DNA of 64,000 nt from Mobula hypostoma (lineage: Eukaryota), in NCBI RefSeq assembly GCF_963921235.1, contig NC_086097.1:210926001-210990000 (forward strand), written 5' to 3'. This document shows, one piece after another, positions 24,985 through 36,619 of this stretch. The notes under the pieces were generated by a model. That model was given only the letters and a program-made list of their open reading frames with translations. It did not search any database and was not told where the DNA came from. Position 1 is the first letter of the stretch; each line of letters opens with the position of its first letter. The translations under genes were made by a program, and so were the position numbers.

Positions 24985-26312
24985 ATAATAATTTGAGGAG
25001 GTTAACAGGAAAAGTGATGAAGGTAAGGCAGTGCATGTTGTCTACATGGACTTTAGCGAGGCATTTGACAAGGTCCCGTATGGCAGGTTGGTCATGAAGA
25101 TTCAGCCAATTTGCATTAAAGATAAGGTAGTAAATTGGATTAGACATTGGCTTTGGGGAAGAAACCAGAGACTGGTGGTCAGTGGTTGCCTCCCTGACTA
25201 GAGGCCTGTGACTATTGGAATGCAGCAGAAATCGATGCTGGGTCCATTGTTGCTTGCGGTCTATATCAATGATCTGGATAATAATTTCGTTAACTGGTTC
25301 AGCAAAGTTGCAGATGACACCAAGATTGGGGACATAGTGGACAGTGAGGAAGACTATCAAAGCTTGCAGCGGGATCTAGACCAGCTGAAAAAAATGGGCT
25401 GAAAAATAACAGATGAAAATTTAAGCAGATATGTGTGAGGTGTTGCACTTTGGGAGGACCAACCAGGTAGGTTTTACACTATGAGTGGAAGGGCACTGAG
25501 GAGTGCTACAGAACAAAGGGATCTGGGAATACAGATCCATAATTCATAGAAAGTAGTGTCACAGGTAGATAATGTCACAAAGAAAGCTTTTGGCTCGTTG
25601 GCCAAAATAGATCAAAGTATTGACTACAGGAGTTGGAATGTTATATTGAAGTTGTATTTGGTGTTAGTGTGGCCTAATTTGGAGTATTGTGTGCAGTTTT
25701 GGCCACCCACCTAGAGGAAAGATGCAAGTAAGATAGAAAGAGTACAGAGAAAATTTACAAGGATGTTGCCGAGACTGGAGGACCTGAGTTATAAGGAAAA
25801 ATTGAATAATGAACTTTATTCTCTAAAACGTAGAAGATTGAGGGAAAAGTTAATAGAGGTATACCGAATTATAAGGGGTATACTACTACTACTACTACTA
25901 CGTCGACTCAGGCCTAGGGGGCCGGCGTTGGGCATGATGACGGACTCTCCACTTCTCCCTCTCCCTCAGGGGTATAGATAGATAGGGTAAATGTAAGCAG
26001 GCTTTTTTCCACTGAGGTTGGGCAAGACTAAAACTAGAAGTCATAGATTAAGGGTGAAGGGTGAAATGTTTAAGGGGAACATAAGAGAAAACCTCTTCCC
26101 TTGGAGGGTGGTGGGAGTATGGAATGAGTTGGCTGCGGAAGTGATAGATGTGGTTTCAATTTTAACTTTTAAGTGAAGTTTTGATAAGTACGTGGATGGC
26201 AAGGGTATGGAGGGCTGTGATCCAGGTGCAGCTCGATGGGCATTTTAAATGGTTTGGCATGGACTAGATGGGCTGAGGGGCCTGGTTTTGCGCTGTAGTA
26301 TTCTATGACTCA
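24985..26312 (+). mobile_element. CR1 RT/3' fragment, degenerate
   Basis: ORFs 25208..25402 (KVADDTK) and 25763..25981. 3' tail tattctatgact. Confidence 0.85.
25883..25967 (-). mobile_element. 85-bp 3' end of an RTE/RTEX-like LINE with a (TAG)n tail, inserted in a CR1
   Basis: 9-bp TSD aggggtata at 25874-25882 and 25968-25976. The minus strand ends ...gagtcgacg(tag)n. Confidence 0.65.
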
Positions 26313-26855
26313 ATGCCCTCACTATTCTTAGATCTTCTGACTCTAAGATGACTAACCATCCCCATCACCACCTCCCTTCCACCGGTTGAACTCTTTTCTG
26401 ATTCAGATCTCTAGTGCATTCTCCTCATCCTTCTCCCTTTTGTGTCATCAGCTGGAACTACAATAGAGGCCTGATCCTCTTTCATTGAGCATTTACTGTC
26501 TTACTGTTCAACCTTCAGCACAAGTGGATCAAGCCACAGACAGAAAACAGAAAACTTTTGAAAACAAAGACAGCAAGTGCTCAAAATTCTCAGAAGATCA
26601 GACAGCATTATGGAGAGACAAACAAAGTTAGTGTTTCAATGAGCTGTTTTCAGCTCTGGTAATTATGCTGTTGGCTGCTCTAAGCATTTCTCGCATTTTA
26701 CAATTTTGTTTCAGATTTTTGACAATTGCAAAGTTTACTTTTGTTAACCGCTGTTAGAGATGGACCTAAACCTCCTTTTGAATACATGTTGTAACTAAGC
26801 AACTGGGATTTTTGCTGAAACAGGATAGGCATTTTAAACACAAGAGATTCTACAG

Positions 26856-27162
26856 ATAGTCATAGTCATAGTCATACTTTATTGATCCCGGGGGAAATTG
26901 GTTTTCGTTACCGTTGCACCATAAATAATAAATAGTAATAAAACCATAAATAGTTAAATAGTAATATGTAAATTATGCCAGGAAATAAGTCCAGGACCAG
27001 CCTATTGGCTCAGGGTTTCTGACCCTCCAAGGGAGGAGTTGTAAAGTTTGATGGCCACAGGCAGGAATGACTTCCTATGACGCTCTGTGTTGCATCTCGG
27101 TGGAATGAGTCTCTGGCTGAATGTACTCCTGTGCACAACCAGTACATTATGTAGTGGATGGG
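26856..27162 (-). mobile_element. Rex1/Babar 3' fragment, distinct subfamily
   Basis: Peptide SHPLHNVL...FSQRLIPPRCNTERHRKSFLPVAIKLYNSS. (catagt)n tail on the + strand. Confidence 0.8.
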
Positions 27163-27167
27163 AATCA

Positions 27168-28655
27168 ACAGAATCAGAATCAGGTTTAGTATCACTGGCA
27201 TATATCATGATATTTGTTAACTTAGTGGCAGCAGTAAAATGCAATACAAGATAAGATAGAACAAAAAATAAATAAGTAAAGCATATATATGTATGTTAAA
27301 TGGTTAAATTAAAAATAGCGCAAAAACAGAAAAAAAAAGAAAGTGAAGTAGTGTTCGTGGGTTCAATGTCCATTTAGGAATCGGATGGCAGAGGGGAAGA
27401 AACTGTTGCCTGAATTGCTGAACTGCTCCTGAGTGTGTGCCTTCAGGCTTCTGTACCTCCTTCCTGACAGTAACAATGAGAAGAGGGCATGTCCGGGGTG
27501 ACAGGAGTCGTTAAGGATGGACGTCGCCTTTCTGAGGCACTGTTCCTTGAAGATGTCTTGGATACTATGGAGGCTTTCTGTAGCTTCTTCTGATCCAATG
27601 CAGTAGCCCCCTATTCCAGACAGTGACGCAGTCTGTCAGAGTGCTCTCCATGGTACATCTGTAGAAGTTTTTGAGTGTTTGTGACAAATCAAACCAAATC
27701 TTCTCACACTCCGAATGAAATATAACCGCAGTCTTGCCTTCTTTATAGCTGCACCAATATCTTGGGGCCAGCTTAGATCCTCAGAGATCTTTAGACCCAG
27801 GAAGTTGAAATTGCTCACTCTCCTCACTGTATAAGGATTAGTTAATTTTTTCTCATCTTTCTGAGTCTGTGGTGAGGAAGGCAAATGCAATGTTAGCATT
27901 CACTTCAAGAGGACTAGAATATAAAAACAAGGATGTAACATTGAAACTTTATAAAGCACTGGTGAGGCCACACTTGGAATATTGGTGAGCAGATTTGGGC
28001 CCCTTAGCTCAGAAAGAATGTACTGAAAATGGATAGAGTTCAAAGAAGGTTCACAAAAATGTTTCCAGAATTGAATGGGTTGTCATATGAAGAGCATTTG
28101 ATGGCTCTGGGCCTGTTTTCACTAGAATTCAGACGAATGAAGGGTCACCTCATTGAAACCTATCAAATGGTGAAGGTCGTTGACAGAGTGGATGTGGCGA
28201 GGATGCTTCCTATGGCGGGAGAGTCTAAGATCAGAGGATACAGCCTAAGAATAGAGGTGCTTCCTGTTAGGATGGAGATGAGGAGGAATTTCTTTCACCA
28301 GAGAGTGGCGAATCTGTGGAATTCTTTGTCACAGGCAGCTGTGGAGGCCAAGTCTTGATGTATATGTAAGGCAAAAATGGACTGATTCTTGACTGAGCAG
28401 GGCATGAAGGGATACTGGGAGAAGACAGGAGGCTGGGGCTGGGAGGAAAATTGTGTCAGCCATGATGAAATAGCAGAGCAGAAGCGATGGGCCAAATGGC
28501 CTAATTCTGCTCCTATAGCTTATGGTCTTATGTTCTTACCCTCCGTGAAGTCCATAATCAGCTCTTTGGTCTTACTAACGTTGAATGCCAGGTTGCTATT
28601 GTGAAACTGGTCAACCGGCTGGTATATCTTGCTCCTGTACTCGTCTCCATTTGGG
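27168..28655 (-). mobile_element. Rex1/Babar fragment split by a CR1 (27168-27830 and 28535-28655)
   Basis: Peptide RVSNFNFLGLKISEDLSW (27636..27899). The preceding LAFNVSKTKELIMDF motif lies at about 28545-28600, beyond the CR1. Confidence 0.75.
27860..28533 (+). mobile_element. CR1 3' fragment
   Basis: ORF 28029..28358 (RVQRRFTKM...NFFHQRVANLWNSL). cttatggtcttatg tail. Confidence 0.85.
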
Positions 28656-28704
28656 TAAAATGGGCTTCATGTAGTATTAACGTAAATGGGTACTTGAGAT
28701 TGAC

Positions 28705-28980
28705 AAGGACCCTTCAGGAACATCTTCCCCTCTGCCATTCGATTTCTAAATGGACATTGAATCCATGAACATTAACACTACTTTTTTACTTCTGTTTTTC
28801 TTGCACTACTTATTTTAACTAAACTGTTTAATAGACATGTGTGTGTATATATATATATATATTTTTAATGCAATTCAGTTGTTCCTCTATATTTATTTAT
28901 CATGTATTTCATTGTACTGCTGCCGTAATGTTAACAAATTTCATGACATATACAGGAGATCTTAAGCCTGATTCTGATTG
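28705..28980 (+). mobile_element. Rex1/Babar extreme 3' end containing a (GT)n(AT)n microsatellite
   Basis: caggaacatcttcccctctgccattcgatttctaaat, then a 3' UTR with a gattctgatt tail. Confidence 0.65.
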
Positions 28981-29159
28981 TTCATTAATTTGCTGACAAT
29001 TAAGAATAGACTTATTGGTCTGTAGTTTGAGGGGTTGGATTGTCTGATGATGACCCTTAAGTTCCTGCTTCCACACTCTTTCTAGTTTCACTGTAGGCAT
29101 CCAGTCATCTGCTGACCGCCTCCTTACAGTTCCTCAAACCTGAGAGTGAGGAAAATCCA

Positions 29160-29682
29160 GGGGTTTGATTGATTTAAGCACCAAGCCTAATTAGAAAAGT
29201 TGGGTATGGGCCAAATTGAGGTAGCGGGGCACTGGCCTGAGGGCACATTGAATCAGCAGAGTCTAGGTCTGAGAGCAAGAACTGGATGTCTTAAGCGCCA
29301 GGCCAGATTGCAAATGACCGCATGCTGGGTCCAGGGGTGTGACATGGGCCAGTTCAAATCACTGCAAAGTTTATTCATCTCACATTGAACTTCAACTCAT
29401 TACCCCGCAAGATTTACTTATCTCTGCACCAAACCATGGTCATAGCCTGCAACTATCACAGTGTGAACTCACTCTTGTGAACTTCAGTTCTGAATGTTAT
29501 TTGCTTACCTTTATTTTTTTCAGGTTTTTTTTCTTTTTTTCCTCTGTACATTGGCTGTTTGATTGTCTTCTTTTGTTTTAATGGATTCTATTGGGTTCTT
29601 TGTTTTGTAGCTGCCTGTAATGAGATGAATCTCAAGGTTGTATAAAGTATACATACTTTGATAATTAATGTACTTTGAACAC
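29160..29682 (+). mobile_element. Non-autonomous element with a Rex1-type 3' tail (copy 1)
   Basis: Shares ccagttcaaatc and gtgaacttcagttctgaa...tttgcttac blocks with 52310-52765. Ends in a Rex1-like gctgcctgtaa...tactttga tail. No ORF. Confidence 0.55.
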
Positions 29683-29837
29683 TTATTTGCAGTTTCACTT
29701 GACTATAGAGCGTTTGTATTTTATACTTGACAAATCCCACTCTCTCCCTCCATTCATGGATTTATTGGCTGACAGTCAGTGCTTGTTTAGGTGTCACCCA
29801 AAAATTGAGCAAACTACCAAACATGGGGCACTAGGAG

Positions 29838-30392
29838 ACTGTCAGCAGTTTTGGACTCATATCTCAGAAAGGATGTGTTGTCCTTGGAGAGAGTCCAGAG
29901 GAGATTCACAAGGATGATTCCAGGAATAAAGGGGCTGACATATGAGAAGCGTTTGGCAGCTTTGGGCCTGTACTCAATGGAACTTAGAAATCTCATTGCA
30001 ATCTACCGAATGTTGAAAGGAGCATCCTGCTGAAGCGTCTTGGCCTGAAATGTCAACTGCTCTTCTTTCCATAGATGGCGCCTGGCCTGCTGAGTTCCTC
30101 CAGTATTTTGTGTGTGTTGCTTGGATTTCTAGCACCCGTAGATTTTCTCTTGTTTGTGAATGCTGAAAGGACTAGATATGTGAAAAGGATGTAACCTATG
30201 ATGGGGTGTATCCAGAACTGGAGGGAACAGCCTCAAAATTGAGGGGTGAACTTTTAGAACAGAGGTAAGAAGGAATTTTTTTTATTCAGAGAGTAATGAA
30301 TCTGTGGAATGCTCTGCCACAGACAGCAGTGAAGGCCAAAACTGGGGGTATATTTAAAGCAGAAATTGATCATTTCCTGATTGGTCAGTGCA
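29838..30392 (+). mobile_element. CR1 3' fragment interrupted by a hammerhead-type short element
   Basis: ORFs 29851..30033 and the start of 30296..30616 are consecutive CR1 C-terminal peptides. Confidence 0.8.
30022..30157 (+). mobile_element. Short Penelope-derived element with a degenerate hammerhead core
   Basis: TSD gaatgttgaaagga (30008-30021) and gaatgctgaaagga (30158-30171). Core CTGCTGA-agcgtcttggcct-GAAA. Confidence 0.7.
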
Positions 30393-30514
30393 TTGAGGTT
30401 AAAAAAACAGGCAAAACAAGAACAGTGCTCAAACTCACGACACTCTTAATTATAAAAACATATCTCAAATTAAAGAAAGATGAAACAGGATCTAGTGTTG
30501 TCCTAGCGTATATG

Positions 30515-31140
30515 ATAAATAAATTCTTCTCGGACTTCAAGCCAGGTACAGGTATTGATTGTAACCAATGTTTCGATGACATACTCATCCATCTTCTTCA
30601 AGGAAGGTGCTTGTGAATGTCCGGTCTGGTGGTATTTACACCCCTGTATTCCTTCCCTCCTGATTGGTTGGCCATCATCCAATCAGGTTTCCACTCTCCC
30701 ACATTGTTTGCAATCAAACTCCAGTTTTACTTAGAGCAAGACCTTCATTTTTGTTAATTTTTTTTCCCTTTATTTTTATTTCAATGGCTTCATTTACCAG
30801 GCAATCCTGAAAGCCGTTGGCACAGCACAGTAGTTTTGTGCCATCAAAGTCAATCCTATGGCCATTGTGAATGCAATGTTCTGCTACTGCCAACTTCTCC
30901 AGGTAACCCAAATAGATATACCTCCTGTGCTCCTTGATGTGCATTTCCACTGTGTGTCCTGTCTGGCCGACATTCGCTGCTCTGCATTCACAGGGAATCC
31001 TGTAAATGCCAGCCGTCCTGAGTTCCAGGTCACCTTTGACCCACATAAGCTGTGACTTGAGCTTCCTTACAGATTTCTGGATGGTATTGATCCAGTATTT
31101 CTTCAGAACCCTGGTGATCCTTCCAGCAACCGTGGAAATA
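30515..31140 (-). mobile_element. Penelope-like element (Poseidon-type) GIY-YIG fragment with a downstream hammerhead-like motif
   Basis: ORF 30714..31046 reads GIYRIPCEC...VGQTG...KEH...AVAEHC. Minus strand at about 30565-30605 reads TTGAAGA-agatgg...tcatc-GAAAC. Confidence 0.85.
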
Positions 31141-31184
31141 TAAGCAAAAACTGTGGAAATAGATAAAGAAATTTAATTTAACAA

Positions 31185-32050
31185 ATTGCCAAACAATGGA
31201 ATGTCCATTCCATTCAGCCCATTGAGTCCATAGTGGCTTTTATGTGGGAGCAATCTAACTAGTTCCACTCTCATGACCTTTCACAGAGCCATGCAAAATT
31301 CGTAGCCTGTATAACTCCCTTTTCAACAATACAGTTTAATCTATATCCACTATTGCATCTTGCAACACACATCTTTGCAGCTCACTGTGAAAGAGGACTT
31401 TTCCTCCTGACACCTTTGGTTCTTCTGCCGATCACCCTTATTGTATATTCTCTAGATCTCCACTAATGGAACAGTTTCTCACTGTCGACTTCGTTTGTGT
31501 CCATCAGGATGTTCAGTTTGTCCATCAGACCACCCTGTAACCTCCAAAATTCTAAGCACCACAGCTTCTCTAAACCCATAAAATAGAGGTCCATTCCTGG
31601 ATTGTTTATGGTTCATCTGCTCCAACATCCACTGCGGAGCCTTCATATTTTTCCTGAAGAATGGTGCTTGGAAATGAATATAGTCAAACTAGTGTTTTAT
31701 AAAGGTTCATCCTGGTATCCTTATAAAATCCTGTATACTTTCTTGACAATCTTCTCAGCCTGTCCTGCCATTTTCAGCAAATCATATAGGCTTATAACCA
31801 GAACTCTGTCCTTGTAGCCCTTTAAGAACTGTACTCACCAGGTTACATTGCTTCTCATCAGTCTTCCTACCAAAATGTAACAACTTACTTTTCTCAGCAT
31901 TGATTTTCATCTTCATCTATTCATCCATTCCATCCGCCTATCTTTATCTCCCTGGAGACTGCTACAATCCTGCTCACCATTTACAATGGCTGCAAGTTTT
32001 ATGTCATTTGCAGATTTGTAAATGGTGCTGTTAACACACTTGTGCAAATC
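31185..32050 (-). mobile_element. Ancient CR1 3' fragment
   Basis: Diverged CR1 hallmarks on the + strand: ccattcagcccattgagtcca and gcaagttttatgtcatttgcagatttg (antisense of the FADD region). Confidence 0.55.
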
Positions 32051-33326
32051 GTGTGACTGATGAAAAGTAACAATTCATTATTTGGAAAACTTTTCGTATT
32101 TTCTCTTATCCTAATAGTACAAGGCAATAAAAATCATCCAATCTACTGACAGATATCCAAACAAGTCTTTTATTTTTCCTTTTGGCTTAGTTTCTGTGCG
32201 GTATAATATCTCAATTAATTGGATATGAAATAAAACGGAAAATGTTGGTAACACACAGCAGGTGAGACAGCATCTGTGAAAAGGGAAACAGGATTAATGT
32301 CTCAGGTCAAATACCCTTCCTTAGAGACTCAAGAAACTCTGAGATTAAGCAGCACCTGTGGGAGGCAAAAGGAATGTGCTGAAGTTTCTACAGAGGATGC
32401 TGGAAGAGTTTTACCATAATAATTTCCCCCAGAGCAGATAGATGCCTACAACCCTATAGCAAATGAAAAATCCATCCCATCAGTCTCCTAAATACTTGTT
32501 TGTGTATATAAGTTGTACACAAGCTGGGCATTCGTATGCTGGGGAGCACTGGTGTTAATATCAGTTTAGCTGTAACACCAGTGGTTAGAATATCTAATTA
32601 CAAAAGAGTCCACACTTTCTGCACTGGTCTCAAGTAACAAATGCTGCACTCTTCCATAATGTAATAGCGTTCATGTTTTGGTAGCAATGTTAGGATTTTG
32701 ATTATAGACCTATTACATTAGAAACTATGCTAGCATAAATAGATCTGCTTTCCATTATGCTGTTAAGCTGCCATCTGGTGTCTGCAGTTCACTTATTATC
32801 TGCATGCTGTAACATGGGACTTATTTTCATTTATTATGGTTCAATGTCTTATTTCATTAATGTTACAGGCTTCTTGTCAATATTTACTCATAAGCAAATC
32901 TCTTAAAATTTGTGCAATTTGGAACTTCTTTTCCCAAAACAATTTACAAGCTTGTTTCTATGTAAGTTGTTAAACTACCATCATTTTGAAGCATTTTATT
33001 GTTCCTCTCCATAAAATGCTCTTAAACATAATCAATTAATACTTGTTAAATTTTTAACTTTCAGATCCATCATTGATGCTACATTACTTGGACTTCCAAG
33101 CTACAATCACATCAGTTATACCAGAATCACACAAGCTGGTGCAGTTTACTTCCATCAGAGTATATGGGATCAACAGGCGATGTTGAGTATATACATCTCA
33201 GGTGTGAATTGGGCCCATAGCCATCCACACTCCTCCCATTAATTTATCATATTTACAGCAGTTTTTCCCACAAGTCTCAAAGACCTGTATGGTAAAAACA
33301 AAAAGAGGCAGAAAAATGTGTTGGTG

Positions 33327-33504
33327 CAACACTCACAACACGCTGGAGGAACTCATAAAATTGGGCAGCATCCGTGGAAAAGGTCGGTCGACGTTAACCG
33401 ATCAACCGATCTTTTCCACGGATGCTGCCCGACCTGCTGAGTTCCTCCAGCGTGTTGTGAGTGTTGCTTTGACCCCAGCATCTGCAGATTATTTTGTGTT
33501 TAAG
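33327..33504. mobile_element. Fold-back Penelope-derived element
   Basis: Perfect inverted arms gcaacactcacaacacgctggaggaactca/tgagttcctccagcgtgttgtgagtgttgc and gggcagcatccgtggaaaag/cttttccacggatgctgccc. TSD atgtgttggtg at 33316-33326 and 33505-33515. Confidence 0.85.
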
Positions 33505-34573
33505 ATGTGTTGGTGAATTTGCAAGTCTCACTCTAGTAGTAAAAGATATATTGAAATATTTTCCTCACAGTCCACAAACCGGGATTCTCCTCCAATGCCT
33601 ATTTTCACTCTTCACTCAACCTCAAACACATGAAGAAACAAAAGACCATCCTCAAATGATGTGCTGAACTAACATGTAATAACTTTCTTCTAAAAATTGC
33701 TATTGAATAATTCCATTGTCAGACAGTACAGATAGAGTGTCACGATGTGTGCTGACATTGTTGGAACCCAAGTGCAGAGGGAAGACAGACTCCAACGTAG
33801 AGACAGCGACCAGAGGTTATCCATAAGAATGTCAACAGAACATTGGTGACTTGGCACTACTACGTGGTTAGCTTTTTTATATCCATAGATAAGAAACATT
33901 CCATTCAAAATCATAGATATGAGACAACCAATCAGGAAGGTCCTATTCTTTGGCAAACTGCATATGTATACAAAAGTAGACACAGATGTCCTTTACTCCT
34001 CTATAGTATGAAGTTCATGACCTGCAGTACTGCAGTAATTTGTTTGATTTGAACTGTAGCTAAACTGAAGATAAAATATATTAACTAATTAATACGATCT
34101 CCCAATATATAGTACCTAGTGGTTAGCGCTACACTTTACAGTACCAACTGTAAGATTGTGGTTCAATTCCCACCGCTGTCTGTAAGGAATATGCATGGTC
34201 TCTCTATGATCATGTAGATTTCCTGCAGATGCTCCGGTTTCCTCCCATATTCCAAAGACCATAAGACATAGGTGCAGCATTAGACCCATCAAGTCTGTTC
34301 CGCCATTCCATCACAGCTGACTTATTATCCTTCTCAACCCTATTCTCCTGCCTTCTCCCAGTAACCTTTGGCGTCCTTACTAATCAAGAATCTATCAACC
34401 TCCACTTTAAATATCCTTAACGACTTAGCTTCCACAGCAGCCTATGACAATGAATCTCACAGATTTACCACCCTCTGGTTAAAGAGATTCATCCTCATTT
34501 CTTTTCTAAAGGGACATCCTTCTTTTCTGAGGCTTGCCACCTGACCCTAGACTCCCACACTTTAGAAAACATC

Positions 34574-35094
34574 ACCTCACCACAGGAAGGATGTGGAAAC
34601 CATAGAAAGGGTGCAGAGGAGATTTACCAGGATGTTTCCTGGATTGAGGAGCATGCCTTATGAAAACAGGTTGAGTGAACTCGGTCTTTTCTCCTTGGAG
34701 CGACGAAGGATGAGAGGTGACCTGATAGAGGTGTATAAGATGATGAGAGGCATTTATCGTGTGGATAGTCAGAGGCTTTTTCCCAGGGCTAAATTGGCTA
34801 GCATGAGCGGGCACAGGTTTAAGGTGCTGGGGAGTAGGTACAGAGGAAATGTCAGGGGTAATTTTTTTTACGCAGGGAGTGGTGAGTGCGTGGAATGGGC
34901 TGCTGACAACAGTGGTGGAGGCGGATACGATAGGGTCTTTTAAGAGACTTTTGGATAGGTACATGGAGCTTAGAAAAATAGAGGGCTATGGGTAACCCTT
35001 GTAATTTCTAAGGTAGGAACATGTTCGGCACAACTTTGTGGGCCAAAGGGCCTGTATTGTGCTGTAGGTTTTCTGTGTTTTCTATATTTTTCTA
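34574..35094 (+). mobile_element. CR1 3' fragment nested in opposite orientation
   Basis: ORF 34593..34943 (ERVQRRFTRM...RGDLIEVYK). tttctgtgttttctat tail. Confidence 0.85.
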
Positions 35095-36317
35095 TCTTTC
35101 CTGTGTCCATTCTATCTAGGACTTCCAATATCTTCCTATAACCAGAAAAGGATCCCTTTATTACCACTCTATGCCTTTTGCCATTCAGCTAATCTACTAT
35201 CCATGTTAGTATCTTTCCTGTAAAACCATGAGCTTTTATCTTGTTTAGCAGTCTCATATGTGGCACCTTATCAAGAGCCTTCTGAAAACCCAAATAAACA
35301 ATATCTACTGCCTCGCCTTTGTCTATCCTGTCCGTTTTTCTCTCAATTAATTCCAACAGATTTGTCAGAGAAGATATTCTCTTAAGGAAGGCATGCTCAC
35401 ATTGGCCTACATTGTCTTGTTCCTCCAAGTATCCCAAAACCTCATCCTTAATAATGGACTCCAACAATTCTAACAACCACTGAAGTCAGGCTAACTGACC
35501 TATAATTTTCTGCCTTTTGTCTCCCTCCATTCTTAAAGAGTGGAGTGACATTTGCAATTTTCCAGTCTTCTGGAACCATTCAGAAAATTCTGATTCTTGA
35601 AAGATCACTTCTAATACCTCAACAATCTCTTCAGCTACCTCTTTCAAAGCCCTGGGGTGTAGTCCATCTGATCCAGGTGACTCATTTACCTTCAAAACTT
35701 CCAGCTTCCTAAGCAGCTTCTCCTTAGTCATTGCAACTACACTCACTTCGCCCCTGTCACTCTTGATTTTCTTGCTTACTGCCTTCTACAGTGTATACTA
35801 ATGCAAAATACTTCATCTACCATTTCTTTGCTTCTCATTTCTACCACTTCAGCCTTATTTTCCAGTGGTCTGATAATCAGTATCACCACTCTTTAACTCT
35901 GTATATATCTGAAAAAACTTTCGGTTTCCTCTTTTGTATTGTTGTTTAGCTTATATATTCCATCTTTATGACTTTTTTAGTTACCTTCTGTTGGTTTTTA
36001 CAAGCATCCCAATCCTCTAATCTCCCACTAATTGTTGCTCTATTATATGCCCTCTCTTTTGCTTTTATGCTGTCCTTTCCTGCCCTTGTCAGCCTTCTCA
36101 TCCCTTTAGAGTCTTTGGGATGTATCTTTCCTGCGCTTTCTGAATTCCCCCCAGAAACACCAACCTCTGCTGTTTTGCCAACTTCCCTGCTAATGTCCCC
36201 TTCCAATCAACTTTGGCCAGCTCTTCACTCATGCACCTGTAATCCCCCTTATTCCAATGTAATATTGATACATCTGATTTTAGTTTCTCCCTCTCAAACT
36301 ACAGAGTGAATATATTA

Positions 36318-36619
36318 ATAGGCATCTGTTAGTCTTGTGAGACCATGGATTTGCACCTTGGAAGGTTTCCAGGGCGCAGGCCTGGGCAAAGGTTGTATAG
36401 AAGACTAGCAGTTGCTCATGCTGCAAGTCTCCCCTCTCCACGCCACCAATGTTGTCCAAGGGAAGGGCACTAGGGCCGATACAGCTTGGCACCGGTGTCG
36501 TCGCAGAGCAATATGTGTTTAAGTGCCTTGCTCAAGGCACAACACGTTGCCTCAGCTGATGCTCGAACCAGCGAGCTTTGATCACTAGACTGACTCCTTA
36601 ACCACTTGGCCATGTGCCA
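36318..36619 (-). mobile_element. tRNA/CORE-type SINE with a probable RTE-derived tail
   Basis: Minus strand has A box TGGCCAAGTGG, B box GGTTCGAGC and CORE-like tgtgccttgagcaaggcactt. 17-bp TSD acagagtgaatatatta at 36301-36317 and 36620-36636. Confidence 0.85.

Noticed and set aside
33065..33201. Plus-strand exon-like segment, and similar ones at 33725-33865 and 50688-50837
   Set aside because: Weak or absent donors and unrecognisable peptides. Not distinguishable from chance.
33327..33504. Fold-back elements as MITEs or miRNA genes
   Set aside because: Asymmetric tails, variable long TSDs and homology to a Penelope 3' end argue for retrotransposition. There is no evidence for a defined miRNA.
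34115..34180. tRNA genes at the A/B-box sites (also 36560-36612, 42015-42065, 45600-45662)
   Set aside because: These are SINE heads with no complete cloverleaf, and SINE bodies follow them.
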